Source: the human T2T-CHM13v2.0 reference genome, Homo sapiens
Direction: 5' to 3' (one strand)
Length of the DNA: 64,000 nt
Assembly (NCBI RefSeq): GCF_009914755.1
Contig: NC_060937.1
Under the pieces are notes generated by a model. The model was given only the letters and a program-made list of their open reading frames with translations. It did no database searches and was not told where the DNA came from. Positions 1 through 13,558 of this stretch are shown here, one piece after another. The position numbers and the translations under genes are program-made. Position 1 is the first letter of the stretch, and every line of letters begins with the position of its first letter.

Positions 1-978
1 CCGCCAATCTTTAAAACGTGGTGAGGACCACCCTACGCTTGCCTGCTGATTGATACAGCTTTAGGAATTGGGTGAGGGAAAGATAATTTTCATCTGTTGG
101 TTCTTTGGAAGGGTTAAGGAATTTCTCATTTACAAAGCTCTTTATCTTTTGACGTGTGGGACTGAGCCTTCCAGGATCATGTCATGCCTGAGAGCACGTT
201 CGACCCTTAGCATGGCAAAAGCAGCCTTCACATGCACAAGGAGGATGGGGAGAAGAGGCATCGTAACTGACTGTATGAAAACGTCTGCGTCCCCACAAAG
301 ATGGACTTTCTTACACCATCCACCTTAGCTCAGCCTTTTACCAAAGTTTAAGCCACATGTGTCCATAATAATAATCGGAAATCAACGCATTTTTAATAAG
401 CATTTAGAACCAATGATCAGAAACAGAAAGTGACACTAATGCTTTGTGGAGAGTTTACCCGAAGATTTTTTTCTCTTTGAAATGAAGTCAAAAGCACATT
501 CCTCCCCACCTGTTACCTCCCTAAGTTGTTAAAGGCAGCCCTGTTTCTCCTGGAGTGATACTTGATTCTCCCTGGTGATGGTCTGCCATGCATTGATGGG
601 CTCTAGTTAAAACATCTCTCAGACAGAGTCCTTTGGAAAATTCCATGAAAGAAACCGCCTATTAGAGATAAAAGCAAAGGTTAAGTAACCAGATAGATCA
701 TAGAAGTGTCTCCCAGGGAAATCGTATTGGAAGATCAGTGGCTGAGGTAAAGGACGCTGGGCTTGAACACTTAACTAAGGCTGCCTGATCACTGGAGGCT
801 TCCTCCTGGAGGCTTCTAATCCCCGTGTCGCTTCAGCCTTTCTGTCTTCTCAGATTGCTTACCCCGGTAGGTGCTGCCCTTCCCTTCGGGACACGGAAGC
901 TACACTTTGCTTTGTGCATTGTCAAGGAGGAGAAACAGGCACTTCCTGCCTTATGAATGTGTCCTGTTCCTGAATTTC

Positions 979-1288
<310 letters not shown>

Positions 1289-1349
1289 TAAGTCATTTGC
1301 TCAGAACCCAGATGGCACCTGCCCTTCGCCCAGGGGTGAGGAGCTTCCA

Positions 1350-1545
1350 CCTCGGAGTTCAAATTCATCTCCATCAGTCCCTGTGGAACCTGGGAGGAGA
1401 TCTGAATTTTTTTATTGGAAAATGCATCCCCTGTGAGATGAATTTATAATCCTCCCTCAGCAAGTTGCTGGTAGAATTAAATTCTACAGTGTACATAAGG
1501 TACTTAACCACAGTGTCTGGCATAGAATAAACACCCAAAAGGTGC
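1350..1545 (+). mobile_element. MIR SINE fragment
   Basis: Degenerate MIR core and 3' end (…aaggtacttaaccacagtgtctggcatagaataaacac…). Confidence 0.55.
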
Positions 1546-2220
1546 AATTCCTGCACTTTCCTCTCTACCCTCGTGCACCTAAACCTCAGCCTCCTCTGTC
1601 TGTCTCCCTAGTGGCAGCTGCCAGCCTTCTGCTCCCCTGAGTCACGGCGTCTTGGCAAGTACTGCCCAAAGTGTTTCAATACAGAGATAGCTCTTCAGCC
1701 TCTCTTTCCCTTAGCACATTGCAGGCCCCAGGAATTGTGGAAACAGGCTGTTTGAGGACATCTGTCATTTGAGCTTTCACTCACCCCAGCATGCTGGGGC
1801 CCTTCTTGGGCCCTGCAGCCTTCAGGGCGAGGTCACACAGAGGGGACACGCTGGGCCCTTCCTGCTGCCCCGCGCCTGTCTGGCTGCCTCATCAGTGACT
1901 CCTGGTCTGCTGGGAGGTGCCCAGTGGAACCCCCTACATCCCATCCGATTCCTAATCTATTTCCTGGTGGTCAACCTGGCCCTCTGCTCGGCCACCTGTG
2001 GACAGCACTGCCTTCCCTTGAGTGTGGGTTGGTTCCCAACATCAGAGCAGTTCACACAGTCTCAGATGGCAGTCACCCGCCCGCTCAAGAGCGTGACCAC
2101 TTTGTGACCTGATCAAAGATAGACAATAAGCTTGGCTTCGTGATAAGCCTGTTTAATGTATCCCCTCCTCTTATTCCCAGAAGTTTTAAGAAATATTCAA
2201 TTAGCGACTCAGAGTCACAA

Positions 2221-2373
2221 CCCAGATACCTCTGCCTGTCTCCAGCAGACACCGCTCCCACCCCAGCCCTGTGGTTGCTAACCTGGGCTCGCCTGTCCCC
2301 AGCACACACACACCCCTCCTGCTCCAACTCTAAGGTGCTAACCCAGGCTGGCCTGTCCCCAGCACACACACTC
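2221..2373. repeat. Degenerate tandem repeat, ~58-60 bp unit, ~2.5-3 copies
   Basis: gcctgtc(t/c)ccagca(g/c)acac recurs at 2234, 2291 and 2351; tgctaacc precedes the last two. Confidence 0.8.
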
Positions 2374-5300
2374 TTACATCTGCTCCCTCCCTGGTTTATG
2401 ATTCCCAGGGGGCCCCCACCCATGGAATTTGGGCGTCCCCAGTTACTCTGGTTGGGTTGTTTACCCCTCCACTGGCTTGCTTCCTGCCCTTCCCGGGGGG
2501 TCCTCACCAACCCCCAAGAGCTCAGCACACACAATCACCCACTCCGGGTATTTCAGACAAACTTCTCCTCGCGTCACAGACCACATTTGATTCCATCCAA
2601 AACACAATCTGTGATATCACCTCCACCACCCAACCAGCCCTCCCAGCAGGTCAGTCTCAGAAATATAACTCTGCATTTTACATTTGACTCTTGTCATCAA
2701 AAGACAAGCAATTGAATGTGCTTTAGAGTGATTCTCTTAAATAGTCCCAGATGGTTTTTAAGTGTGTGTCTTTCTATAGTGAAGAGATTGAGGGTGGGGT
2801 GTTGGGTTGGAAAACAAAGAAATTCAGCTTGAAGTAGTCAGCTTGTGTTGTTTTAGGAGAGGAATTCATTCTGTGGGTGTCAGTGAAGCATTAAAATCCC
2901 CCCAACAGCTCCAGAGAAATAGTTCCCTGCTGTGGCCCACACCCCAGCTAATTCTGTTTTCGTCATTAGTTAAGGCAGTTGTCCTGGGTGAAGTCTTAGC
3001 ACTTGTCCATCATCTTTTAAAACTTAACGCTTGAAGCAAAGTTGTGACTGTAAACAGCTTTGCAACTCTTCGGTCACACACACAAAATGATTCATTTCTC
3101 ATAGTCTTAGTAAAGTCTAAATAAGTTTTTATCATATTTTCCTAAAATCTTTTTTATGAAAGGTTTTTTAAATGATGAAGTGATGTATAGAACTGTTAAC
3201 TCAAAATCATACACCACAAACCTCATCAACCTAGACTAATCACTCTGACTTTGCAGTAAACTGTAGGCAAGAAGGAGTCTTCAGTTAAATTAATAGTCTG
3301 GAAAAGTTGATCAGGAATATAATCTGTTTAAGAAAAAAATCTTCTTAAGGAACTTCTGGGACACTTACTTGTGGGCAAAAATCAAACGTTCTTGATAAAT
3401 ATTACGAATTTGTTTAATTCGTCCTGAAGAGCCTCTGTCGGAGGACCATGAGTTCCTTGCTCAGTTGTTGGATTGTTTAAAAATCAGTTAAACATTGTTT
3501 CTGTTTTCAAAATTTTCCAATTCAGATATTTTTTCTGTTCCACCATTAAATAAAATTAGGAATATTTTCCACTCTGGCTTGGCATGGGAGAAGAGACAAC
3601 CCCTGGCAGGCAAGTTCACTGCTATCTGAAGCAAATGCGGTGCAAGCTGAGATTTGTGTCCATCGAGCATTTTACTGTCTTTCTCTGTCTCATCCCTTGG
3701 TTTCATGAAATATGAAAATAGAACAGCGCACTTTTCAGAAGAAATCGATGGCTCAGACACATTTACCTTAATGGGCTGCTGGGCACGTTTAATTCAACGA
3801 CTGTGCGGTGGTAAGGATGGTAGATAAGGACATTGTTCTCTGAAGGGCTGGTTCTAGACCAGCTTGCCCAGACTGCTGTGAAGGTGATCCAGGGGCCCAG
3901 AGCAGACAGAGAGATGACGCCCAGAGAGACGGGCGGGCTCCGTCACCCAGCAGCGTCTCCTAGCAGATCTGAGATCCTAGCGGATCCAAAGCTACCATGG
4001 AGCCCTAGTCCACTGCAGTCTTGATAAACTCATGCTGTCATCTAATTCACTAGCTAAATCACTTCATATATTAGATCACTTTTTGAGAAAATTACATGAC
4101 TCACTGTTTTTAAAAGCCTGCTTTGGAAATGATGAACAGAACCTTCTAGTAGTCCAAAACCCATTGAGCTTTGTAGAACAACATTATGGAACAAATTTTA
4201 TACTTCTTTGAGGTCCTGTATTCTGGCGAAAAATAAATTCTTCTTCTATTTTAGCACAATGTGTTTAAAGCCCATAATCAGATACAGAAATAGAAAACAT
4301 GCTAATCTGAATAAAATGAAGAAGTAAATGGAGAAGTTTAGACCTTTAAGCAAGTTGCTTGTTACTTCAATACTTGGGGTATTCGATTTTTTAATGCAAA
4401 TGTTTTCAAAGATACACTAATTTTGAAATAATGTAAGACACCACTGCAATCACTCTTACATTCCCGGTAGACCTCTGAGAGCAGCAACCACCCTCCACCA
4501 CCCCACTAACATCATCTTGAATCAACGCTTTAAGAAAAAACATACTTGCTGCAGTGGTTCTGGAGCTGGAGAAGGAAGATAGAGCCAGCCACAGGTGGGC
4601 GTGCCCTGCAGGGGAAGGCGTCTAGTGGTCCCTCCGTACCACAGAGCATTCCCACCCTCTTCCCTCACTGCGGGTGCCACATATTTGTTGTGGTTTCTTT
4701 GTGGTTGTCAAAGCCAAGTTTCATAGGTGTTATCTCACTTTATCCTCATGGCATCCTTGGAAATAGAGGGCACAGGTGCAGTCATACCAAATACAGACAA
4801 AGGAAAAATGCCAGTGGAAGTCAATAACATGCCTGAGGCCTCTGGTTTGTGAAGAGCTGGTGCTGGAACCCTGACTTTCTTTTACTCAAAGGGTTTGTCC
4901 CAAGCGAATTATTCCAGGTCCACACGGCTCTGTTTGAAGTACTTCGGTGGATGCATCCATCTGGTATTCTCAACCACCCCATGAAAGAGACAGAGGAAGG
5001 TTATGACCACCACGGCACTGGCAGGAGGAGAGAAAAACGCCCAGTGATGGCTCAGCACACCCAGCAAAGTGCATAATTCCAGAGGGTGAAGGGTGAGTTG
5101 GTGCGTGCAGTGAAATACGATATGACGAGGCCAACTTTTCATCTGTTTAAAGGACAAGACCAAGTGTGACAGATTCAAGTATATGTCTTTAAGTTGCCAA
5201 ATGAACACTGTGTGTATTTTGCTTTTTGGTAAATACAAATTACTCTTCTGAAAATTTGGAAACACTGTGACAGTTTTCTAATGAAATTAGACGGAGAATG

Positions 5301-6914
5301 AGTTTTACCATTAAGGACTCAAGGCTTTCCACGGCCCCTTTAACTGAGAATGGACCTTGATTTTGTTTTGCGAGTCACTCTTACAGCTGCATGACTTCAT
5401 CTCAAGCAAGCTAAATAAAGGAATTTTCGGTATTATAACGGTCACTAAGCAGACAACTGACGTGTCAGCGATTAGAAGGGGTAAGGTTTCGGGGCGAGTG
5501 TGGAAAGATACTGCTGTAACACGATGTTTTACTCGGTGGCTTCATTGTGTAGGTGGGTGGCGAGTCGGAATGAAGCTGGGAGGCGCGGGGTGGAGGCGGG
5601 GGGGCAGCCCCAACTCCAGAGCTCTTCCCAGCCAGAATGTCAGTCTGATTGGGGCAAATCCCCTGAAGTCTATTGAAACTCCCCATCTGCCTGTTCACAA
5701 TTCATCTAAGCAACTCTGAAAAGAGGATAAACCTCCTCAGGCCAGTATTTCTGGGATTCTGTTATGGTTCAAAGCAGAGTGCATATCTTTGTTTTTCCAA
5801 GTGTCCGATGTCTGTCTACCTCTCCTCTTGGAAACGCTTCTCCGATCCGCAGGGCACGATGGGGTCCCCGCGGCCTGCGGTGCCTTCCCAGGCTGTATCT
5901 ACATGCAGCAGGGCTGACTTGGGCCTTCTCCTTTAAATGAAAGACCTCCTACTAGATACTTTTTGCTGAGAGCAATTAGTTTCCAAAACAGCAATTAAGA
6001 AGAGTTTGCTAGCAGTAACTGCCAGCAGAGTTGCCTGTTTTGACCTATTTTGGCTGAGTGGTTCCTCTCTAAATGGTTTGGTAATCAGACTATTAGGCTG
6101 CTGGGGAGCCTTCCCCACCACATTCCTCTATGGTGTGTCTTCCATCTACCCGATCTCGCCGTGCCATCACTACTCATGAAATTGCTGTTTAAATAAACCC
6201 TGGGTGTTCAGATTCTCTTAGGATCAGTAATATTTTTTTCTTTCCATGCAGCTTTTTTTTTAAAGGAAATTTACTGATATAATTTTCTTCTAGAAAGATC
6301 ACAATGGTCTTACCATCCTCCAAAAATCAGCTTGAACATTTTATACTGGTCTTAAAATATGCCAATAAAATCGTGTGATAGTGCCAGGCCATTGCAAAGG
6401 ACAGAGAAAGTCATATATTACAGTTCCCAATTATTTGAGAATCATCCTAAAAGAGGAGGTAAGAACAGGGTTATTTGAGAGATAGAAAACCTACCCCAAA
6501 TCTCCATAATAATTTTTCTGCAGTAGTTTTCCTTTTACTCATCTCAGATGTCCAGGCTGTTGGAAAGAGGGGACGAATCCTAATTTTTCTGGCTTATTAA
6601 CGTCAACAGTGATGAAGTCCTGGAGCCAGGAGAGCAGCCGGCCGTGGCTGCCTTGGCCCATGCAGACTCACGCCTGACCCTCGTTACTGGGCCGCTGACT
6701 TCCACGGTGCTGAGAGGTGGGAAAGGAGGTGCACCCACAGCCCATGGGAGGTGGGGAGGGTGATGTGTTCACAGACCGCCGGCAGCTCTTGATTCAAATC
6801 ATTCACAACCACAAAGCCAAGTTTCTAAGACCAAGGGCAGTAGGAGGAATGGAGGCAATATTCCAAACACCGACTCAAAACCACCAACAAAAGAATGTGC
6901 TATCTAGTATTTAC

Positions 6915-7390
6915 TCTCACAATGTTTGCCTTTCTCTGATTCCTAATGAGTTCAAGCACTTTTGTATAGATCTACTGGCCATTTGGTTATTCTCTCTGTG
7001 ATCTGCCACTTCCAGCCTTGTGCCCATTTTCCTGTTGGGTGTCATTTTCCATACCCACTTGGGAACTCTTTGTATCCTAAATACAGTCGCCCATTTGGTT
7101 ACCTGTGTTGCAAAGACCTTTTTTCACTCTGTCTTTTCTGTCTTAATGATGTCCAATAAGCTGATGCCTACGTTTTATTGTCATCCAATTTATCAATTTT
7201 TTATGGTTAGTGTTTTCCCAAGCTCATTCATTAATTCTAAATTTTACAATAGATTCTGTTGTGTTTTCTATATGTAAAATCATGTGATCTGCAAATAATG
7301 ATGGTTTTACATCCTTTTAGTCATTATACTTTTTTCTTTTTTCAACCTTATTATACTGTCTAGAATATATTAGCAATGTTAAGTCAAGAA
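6915..7390 (-). mobile_element. Old L1 (L1M-type) fragment
   Basis: T-rich antisense L1 3'-region wording (tttgcctttctctgattcctaatgagttcaagcactttt…ggccattt…; aaaatcatgtgatctgcaaataatgatggtttt). Confidence 0.7.
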
Positions 7391-8989
7391 AGGCTTATTA
7401 ACCAAGTATACATTAAGTAGACTTCACCAAAAAGCTTTGAAATGCATATTGGAACCTACATAAGGGCTATTTGCAGAACCCAAGCTCACATTTAAAACCG
7501 CGGGATCTCCAAAATAGCTTTCTGGACTACCTTTGAATGGAAAGGGCCATGGCAAACAATTTTCCAAGTCCTCCTCATCTTTAGTTAGGTTTCGGTCAGA
7601 GATTCAAATGCAAGAGGGATGTAAACCAGGGATGAAGTGATAGTGGCAGCAACACAAGTTCGTTCTCCTGTTGCAATGATAGACAGGACGGCTCCCACAC
7701 ACAGCACCTTCTTCTAGAGCACTTTTCCTCCTCTTCTCTCCTTTTGTCCTCTTGAGTTTGAACATTGATGGTGGTACATGATGTTCCTAAAAAGACAAGC
7801 ACAGGCAGATAGAGAGAAATGTTGGGCCCACGGAAATATGAATTCATCCAGATTTCTACTGTGTTAACTTTTAATAGAGGAATCCCCTTCTATGTTTGTA
7901 CCATGTGTTGCCATCCTTAAAAACTCTGTGTTGAAAGGTGACCAATGAGTCCTTCCAGTAGTACCTGGTTTCCTTAGTAATTGACTTGTCACATATTTCT
8001 GCATCAACAGTATTCTCAGATGCACGCTTACTTTCAGCAATGGTGAAGCTCACTGCTGAGCTCAGAGTCCTTCACAATCTGAACACACGGTGCTATTTCC
8101 AGAAGCCCAAATTCCCATGGTAGCTATGTAAGTTGTATCTCTGAGTCAGCAAGAAGTGGGTGCATGAGGCTTCCCAACCCACCAGGTCCTTGCAGGCAGC
8201 CAGGCTTGCTTCTGGAGAGGGCAGAGGGTGAAGGGCTGCAGCTGTGCATGTGGTCAGCCCCATCATCCTAAGGAGATATTCCTGAGTGTCCAAGAAAAGC
8301 ACTGCTCCACCCTACTTTCTGACCTTGACTTATGACCCCTCCAGGGGTGTAGTGACCACCTGAAGGCCACTGGCCCGGTTACTCAGAAATGTACCTCTTT
8401 GAATGCTGCCTGCCTCGAGGTGTACCTCTCATCATCACAGAAGGACCACTGCTTACTCTTTGTTAATGAAATCTGAGATGCTTCCACCTTCCTATTCTTG
8501 GAAAACATTAGGAGTCCCACACCTCTTGCAGCCCTGATGTCCTGGGACCCAGTGTCCATCCCACATCCAGCCTACTTCGTCCAAGCCAGGTCCTCTGAGC
8601 TGTTTGCTGTGACATTCAGAGGCAGCTTTGCTATCTGTGAGGTGTGTTCTGGTACCTACAGGCTCCGTGAGCACTGTCTTTCCTCACTGATCTCTTCTTT
8701 AATTCTCTTCATGGGGGCGATTTCTTGTAGCACTTTTTCTTCTCCAAACATTTTCTAACTTACCTAAGATGGGTTATGATTGAGGTGTCCCCTGGCTACG
8801 ACCTACTGCACCTGAGATGGGAAGAGGACCGCTCACGAACCGTGGTCCTGCTCCCACACCCCAATAATGTACAACTTTTCATATCGGGACACAGCCACTG
8901 CCTCTGCGAGTCTGAACTCGTTGCCATATTTCTGTGTGCTTTTATTCTGGGCCTTGGACAGTCCCATCTGTTTTGTTGTATAGTTATGA

Positions 8990-9160
8990 TTATAAATAAT
9001 AAGAGCTCTTACCTTGTGTGATAAGTTCTTATCACGATCTAGGTCCTGGGCAAGGTGCTTTACACGAATGACCTCAAGTGACCTTTAGATTAACCCTCTG
9101 AGATAGGAACTAATGTCATCCTCATCTCACAGACAAAGAAACCGAGTCTAGAAAGTCAGG
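8990..9160 (-). mobile_element. MIR SINE fragment
   Basis: Antisense MIR core (…gtgctttacac…catcctcatctcacagacaaagaaaccgag…). Confidence 0.65.
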
Positions 9161-9889
9161 TCATGGTGGGGCCGGCACCGCCCATGGAGCTGGACTTGGG
9201 TGCTGGCCCCATGCTCCTGCTGAGTTCGGCTGGATGGCAGTGACCATGCTTGCTTTGAGGGCGAGGGTCACACCCAGGTGTGGCCTGTGTCCCCAGGTGC
9301 CTAGACACGGCCTGAACACAGAGGCGTTTGATAAAAAATGTACAATATGACGCACAGTCAGTGCCTCTCTTTGGGGCTGAATAGCGCATGCCCTTAGGTT
9401 GGACAGTAAAATCGGCCTTCTTGACATTCAGAAAGGCTGACCCAGCTTTGGAACTCTGCTTGGTTTGTTTGTTCGTTCCTTTGTTTATCAAGCACAGCAG
9501 ATGTGGCCCGCATCTAACCTGTTGTGAGCACCACCACCATCTGCATGTTGGAAGTGCCTGCACGATGCCCTAAGGATTCTGTTCCAGAGGCTTCCCTTAG
9601 ATGAGACCACAGAGCAGCCGTCTGCCTGGGGAGCAGACCCATGGCCGCATTCCAGAAAGAGTGTTCATGCTCATTTCTACTAAAATCCAGGTTTCGCACT
9701 TGGAAGCGGCTTCCCTTCCCAAGTAGAAACACATTCCATTTCCTTCATACCTGTCGTGGTCATGGCACACTCATTCAAGATGTTTATGAGCTGAACATAT
9801 TTGCTCCTTACAGTGTGGATTTATAGTCTAAGAAACTTGGAAAAGCCTCCATGCAGGATATTGTGAGACAGGTCAAGAAAATTCCATTC

Positions 9890-10075
9890 CCCAAGAACAA
9901 ATGTTATGCAGCCAGTATATAACAATGCTTTGTTTATGCAGAGCATTTAGGAATATGGAGAAATGCTTAATGTGAAGACAAAGTAAAGATGCAAAATTGT
10001 ATAGAAAGTATAATCCGAGTTATGTAGAAAGAAGTGCAAGAGAAAAGACCAGGGAAAATGCTGAACGTTCTCCCG
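9890..10075 (+). mobile_element. Old L1 (L1ME-like) 3' fragment
   Basis: aatgttatgcagcc…atggagaaatgcttaatgtga…aaagatgcaaaattgtatag resembles L1ME 3' UTR. Confidence 0.45.
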
Positions 10076-10448
10076 GAGCAGGCCTGCTTCAGCCCTCGGT
10101 CTGATTCAGCACAGTCAGATCCACGCAGCCCGTCTTCAGTCCAGGGAGGAGGAAGATAAAGAGCTGGGGGCCCAGCTCCAGGTGACCTCAACTATCTCTC
10201 TGTCCCTCACCTGTGCTGCTGCCCTGATCCCTGGGCATCTTCCCTCTGCAGAGGCCGAGCCCCCAGCCTGTGTCACACTTCTCATCCCTGGGCTTCTCCT
10301 TGGCCCTCTGGGCTCAGGTGCAGACATTCATGGATCCTGTTCATTGATCCTGTGGTTGGGAGTCTGCTGACCTCCTCCACTGCCTGCAACCGTGTCTCCA
10401 ACACAGGCGACTCCTGAGTTCTCTTTGTAATGCTTCAGCCATGGCTCC

Positions 10449-10808
10449 TGCTGTGGTTTGGCTCTGTCCCCACTCAAATCTCATCTTGAATTGTAGCTCC
10501 CATAATTCCCACATGTTTTGAAAGGGACCCAGTGGGAGGTAACTGAATCATGAGGGCGGTTTCCCCCATACTATTCTTGTGGTAGAGTAAGTCTCATGAG
10601 ATCTGATGGTTTAATAAGGGGAAACCCCTTTTGCTTGGTTATCACTCTCTCTTGTCTGCCACCATGTAAGACGTGCCTTTTGCCTTCTGCCATGATTGTG
10701 AGGCCTCCCCAGCCACATGGAACTGTGAGTCCTTTAAACCCCTTTTTCTTTATAAATTATCCAGTCTCACTTATGTCTTTATCAGCAGCATGAAAATGGA
10801 CTAATACA
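10449..10808 (+). mobile_element. THE1 (MaLR) solo LTR, THE1C-like
   Basis: TG…CA termini; consensus tggtttggctctgtccccactcaaatctcatcttgaattgtagctccc … ggactaataca; perfect 5-bp TSD GCTCC (10444-10448, 10809-10813). Confidence 0.93.
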
Positions 10809-12349
10809 GCTCCCTTGGTGCCCAAAGTGGTGACTGAGCTCCAGTTTCTTGTCCCTGATGTCCACTCTGGCTGATCCAAACCCATCACATGACAAGGCTT
10901 GGCCACCCATCTCCAAGGTGGTGACATTTTACTCTCAAACTGAAGAAGATAAAATTCTGGGATCCAAAATTACTAGATGCCTTTCTTCTATGGAGTTTAA
11001 ACTACTTCACATATACTATTTCACTATCCTCACACCACGTTTTTGAAACAAGGGTGGGAAACAGATAGTTGTGGCACACACTGTTCAAAGTTTCCACAAG
11101 ATCCTGGAAGTCTGCTCCCCTGTAGTGTGCTTTGCAAAAAGAAGACTCTCGTGGGCTTCTGTTGGCAATGTAGACTCATCCAGTCTCCTGTGGATGGCCA
11201 CTTCATTACTTCTAACCCACCTTTCCCCCCAGAGCTGACATATGTGAAAATGAAGACTACAAAAATTTGCCTCTATGTATCTTCTTGGAGTTTTTTGATT
11301 TTTAACTTTTTTAGTCTCGGCTATTTTGAACTATTTTCTCCACTGCTCTAATACATTGAAGTAGAGAATTGAGAGTAGGCCATTTCCTCTTTTCCTGGAA
11401 AATATTCTGATGGCTCTCTTTGATAATTTGTCTGATTGTCTCAAGCATAACTGATCTTTCATGAACACGCAGGGAATCATAATGGCGCTGCACTCGGAAA
11501 GTTGAGTATAATGGTGCTATTCATGAAAATAGATGAATTCAAAAAAATGGGAAGCGAATATCAAAATGAAGTTGGACAAGTAGGTTTTTATAGGCTCCAT
11601 AAAACAAAATGCATCTTAGAAGAGGCCTGGGAGGTGGGATAACAATAGCGGCCGCTGGAGGAGGGCTCCTGCGCGCTGCCCAGGGCTGGGCTTTCTTTCT
11701 GATCCTTACGACGACCTGGCCTAGTAGGCCTCATTTCATCTGTAAAGGACTATGTTGTGGAGGAAAGAGTTAAACATACTGTTGTTCCCTTTCCTGGGGA
11801 AAGGGGGTCCCTTTTTATCTGCATCAGGGGTTTTGCTTGGGGAATATAGGAGGCAGGACATGGACCTCAGGGGGTGGCATCTCATCTGCAAGCAGCTCAT
11901 CTGGGAGCTTCCTTCCCGAGGATGTTTGAACATATTATATACAGAGCCTTGACCCCAGGGCCTTATTCCTGAAGCTTTCGTTGATCAGCTTCTGGGAAGC
12001 CTCCAGCAAAGGCAGTTCTTCCTCTGCTCCCTCTGAAGCAGTTCATGGGAAGAGTCACCACATTCAGCCTGGGGCTGGCATCCTCTGGACAACATCCATT
12101 CCCACGTGGCCTGGGTTGCCTCTGTGCTCCTTCACGGGACACTCACACCAGTTCCTATACAGGTTACATCAGAAGTTCCCAAATGTTGCTCTGGGTACTG
12201 CACTGGTTAGCAATGCAGTTTTCAAAGTTCCAAGGAGAAATGAGGGGAAATGAGGAAAACAGACTGCGTTTATCTATGGATGCTGATGCTGTTTTGTACA
12301 CGTAGGACGTATAATATATGCTCACTGCATTCAATCCGTAAGCCTGTAG

Positions 12350-12470
12350 GCCAGTGACAGTTGCAGTCCTGGCGCTCTGATTCCGCGGTTCTGGAATGGG
12401 GCATGGGCGCCGGAAGTTTTAGAAGCACCCGGCATGATGCTGATCACAGCCAAGTTTGGAAACCACTGGG
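12350..12470. mobile_element. MER5-type hAT-Charlie relic
   Basis: …tgatgctgatcacagccaagtttggaaaccactg terminus typical of MER5. Confidence 0.55.
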
Positions 12471-13520
12471 CTCGTGTGAAGGACACTGTACCCTGCTGTT
12501 TGGAATCATAAACGTAAGATTTAAAATGGGCTTTCCTAACTAATAAGTGCCAGTGAGGGCTCAACAGCTGATGGGCAGTGGAGTCCAGAGTGATGGTCCC
12601 AGCAAGCGTTCCAGCGGCATCTGCCAAGGCTGGAAGCTGTTGCCAGGCTCGAGCCAGAGCAGCATGGGCAGGAAGCTCCTGATGGGCAGTGGAAGTGAGA
12701 TTGGACCAGCGTCAGAGGGCGGATGTACTGGTGGCAGGCTCAGAGAGGGTTGCCTTGGGATTCACAAAGCATGGCCCATGGTGTCCAGACTGGGGGCTTT
12801 TGAAGGCTTAGGCTGATGTTCCCCCTTAGCCACACCCTTGCTATCCAAAAGGTCCTGCTCCACATCTGACCGCAAGCAGCCCTCTGACACAGTGCTGGAG
12901 GCTCTAAGAATCTGAAGTCTGCCTGTCCCAGGGAAGTCCCTGCAGCAGGTTCTGCTGTGTGTGTCTGTGTCCCCAAGACATTTTTCAGGACAGCTTTGGG
13001 AAAAGCACTTTTTAACTGTTAAAAATAGAGAGAGCATTGATACTTGTGAAGATATATGTACTCACTAAAATATATGCAGTGAGCATATATTCACTAAATG
13101 AACATGCATTGAAAGTAAACAGCATGATGCCAAGGGCTTGAAGTTCCTTTTCTTGTTGCTTTGTAGGTTAATGAGGCCAGGGGTGTGGATTAACAGTATT
13201 CTGGAATCACACAAAACTCTCCAAAGGAACCATTTATGCCACCGTGATAGGAACTGCGTATTGCTCACTTGGATCCTAAGCTGATTTTTAAATTAGATCT
13301 TTCCGTGATCCCTTGTTGAGTCTGTTTCATGTGCATTTTATTATATTCTATAAATATTTCACTAGTTGTTTCTAATAATTAGAGAAAAAGTGTCTTTCAT
13401 CAATTTAAGAGAGAAGGGAATAGTCTGTTAAGGCTGAGCAGTTACTGCATATGAAGGCTCCAATGGTGAGCTTCTACCATTAGCTGGCAAAAAAGAGCAA
13501 AAATGCAATGGAAAACAGTG

Positions 13521-13558
13521 AGGGAGAGAGAGAGAGAAAGAGAGAGAGAGGAGAGAGG
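13521..13558. repeat. (GA)n microsatellite, imperfect
   Basis: gggagagagagagagaaagagagagagaggagagagg. Confidence 0.9.
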
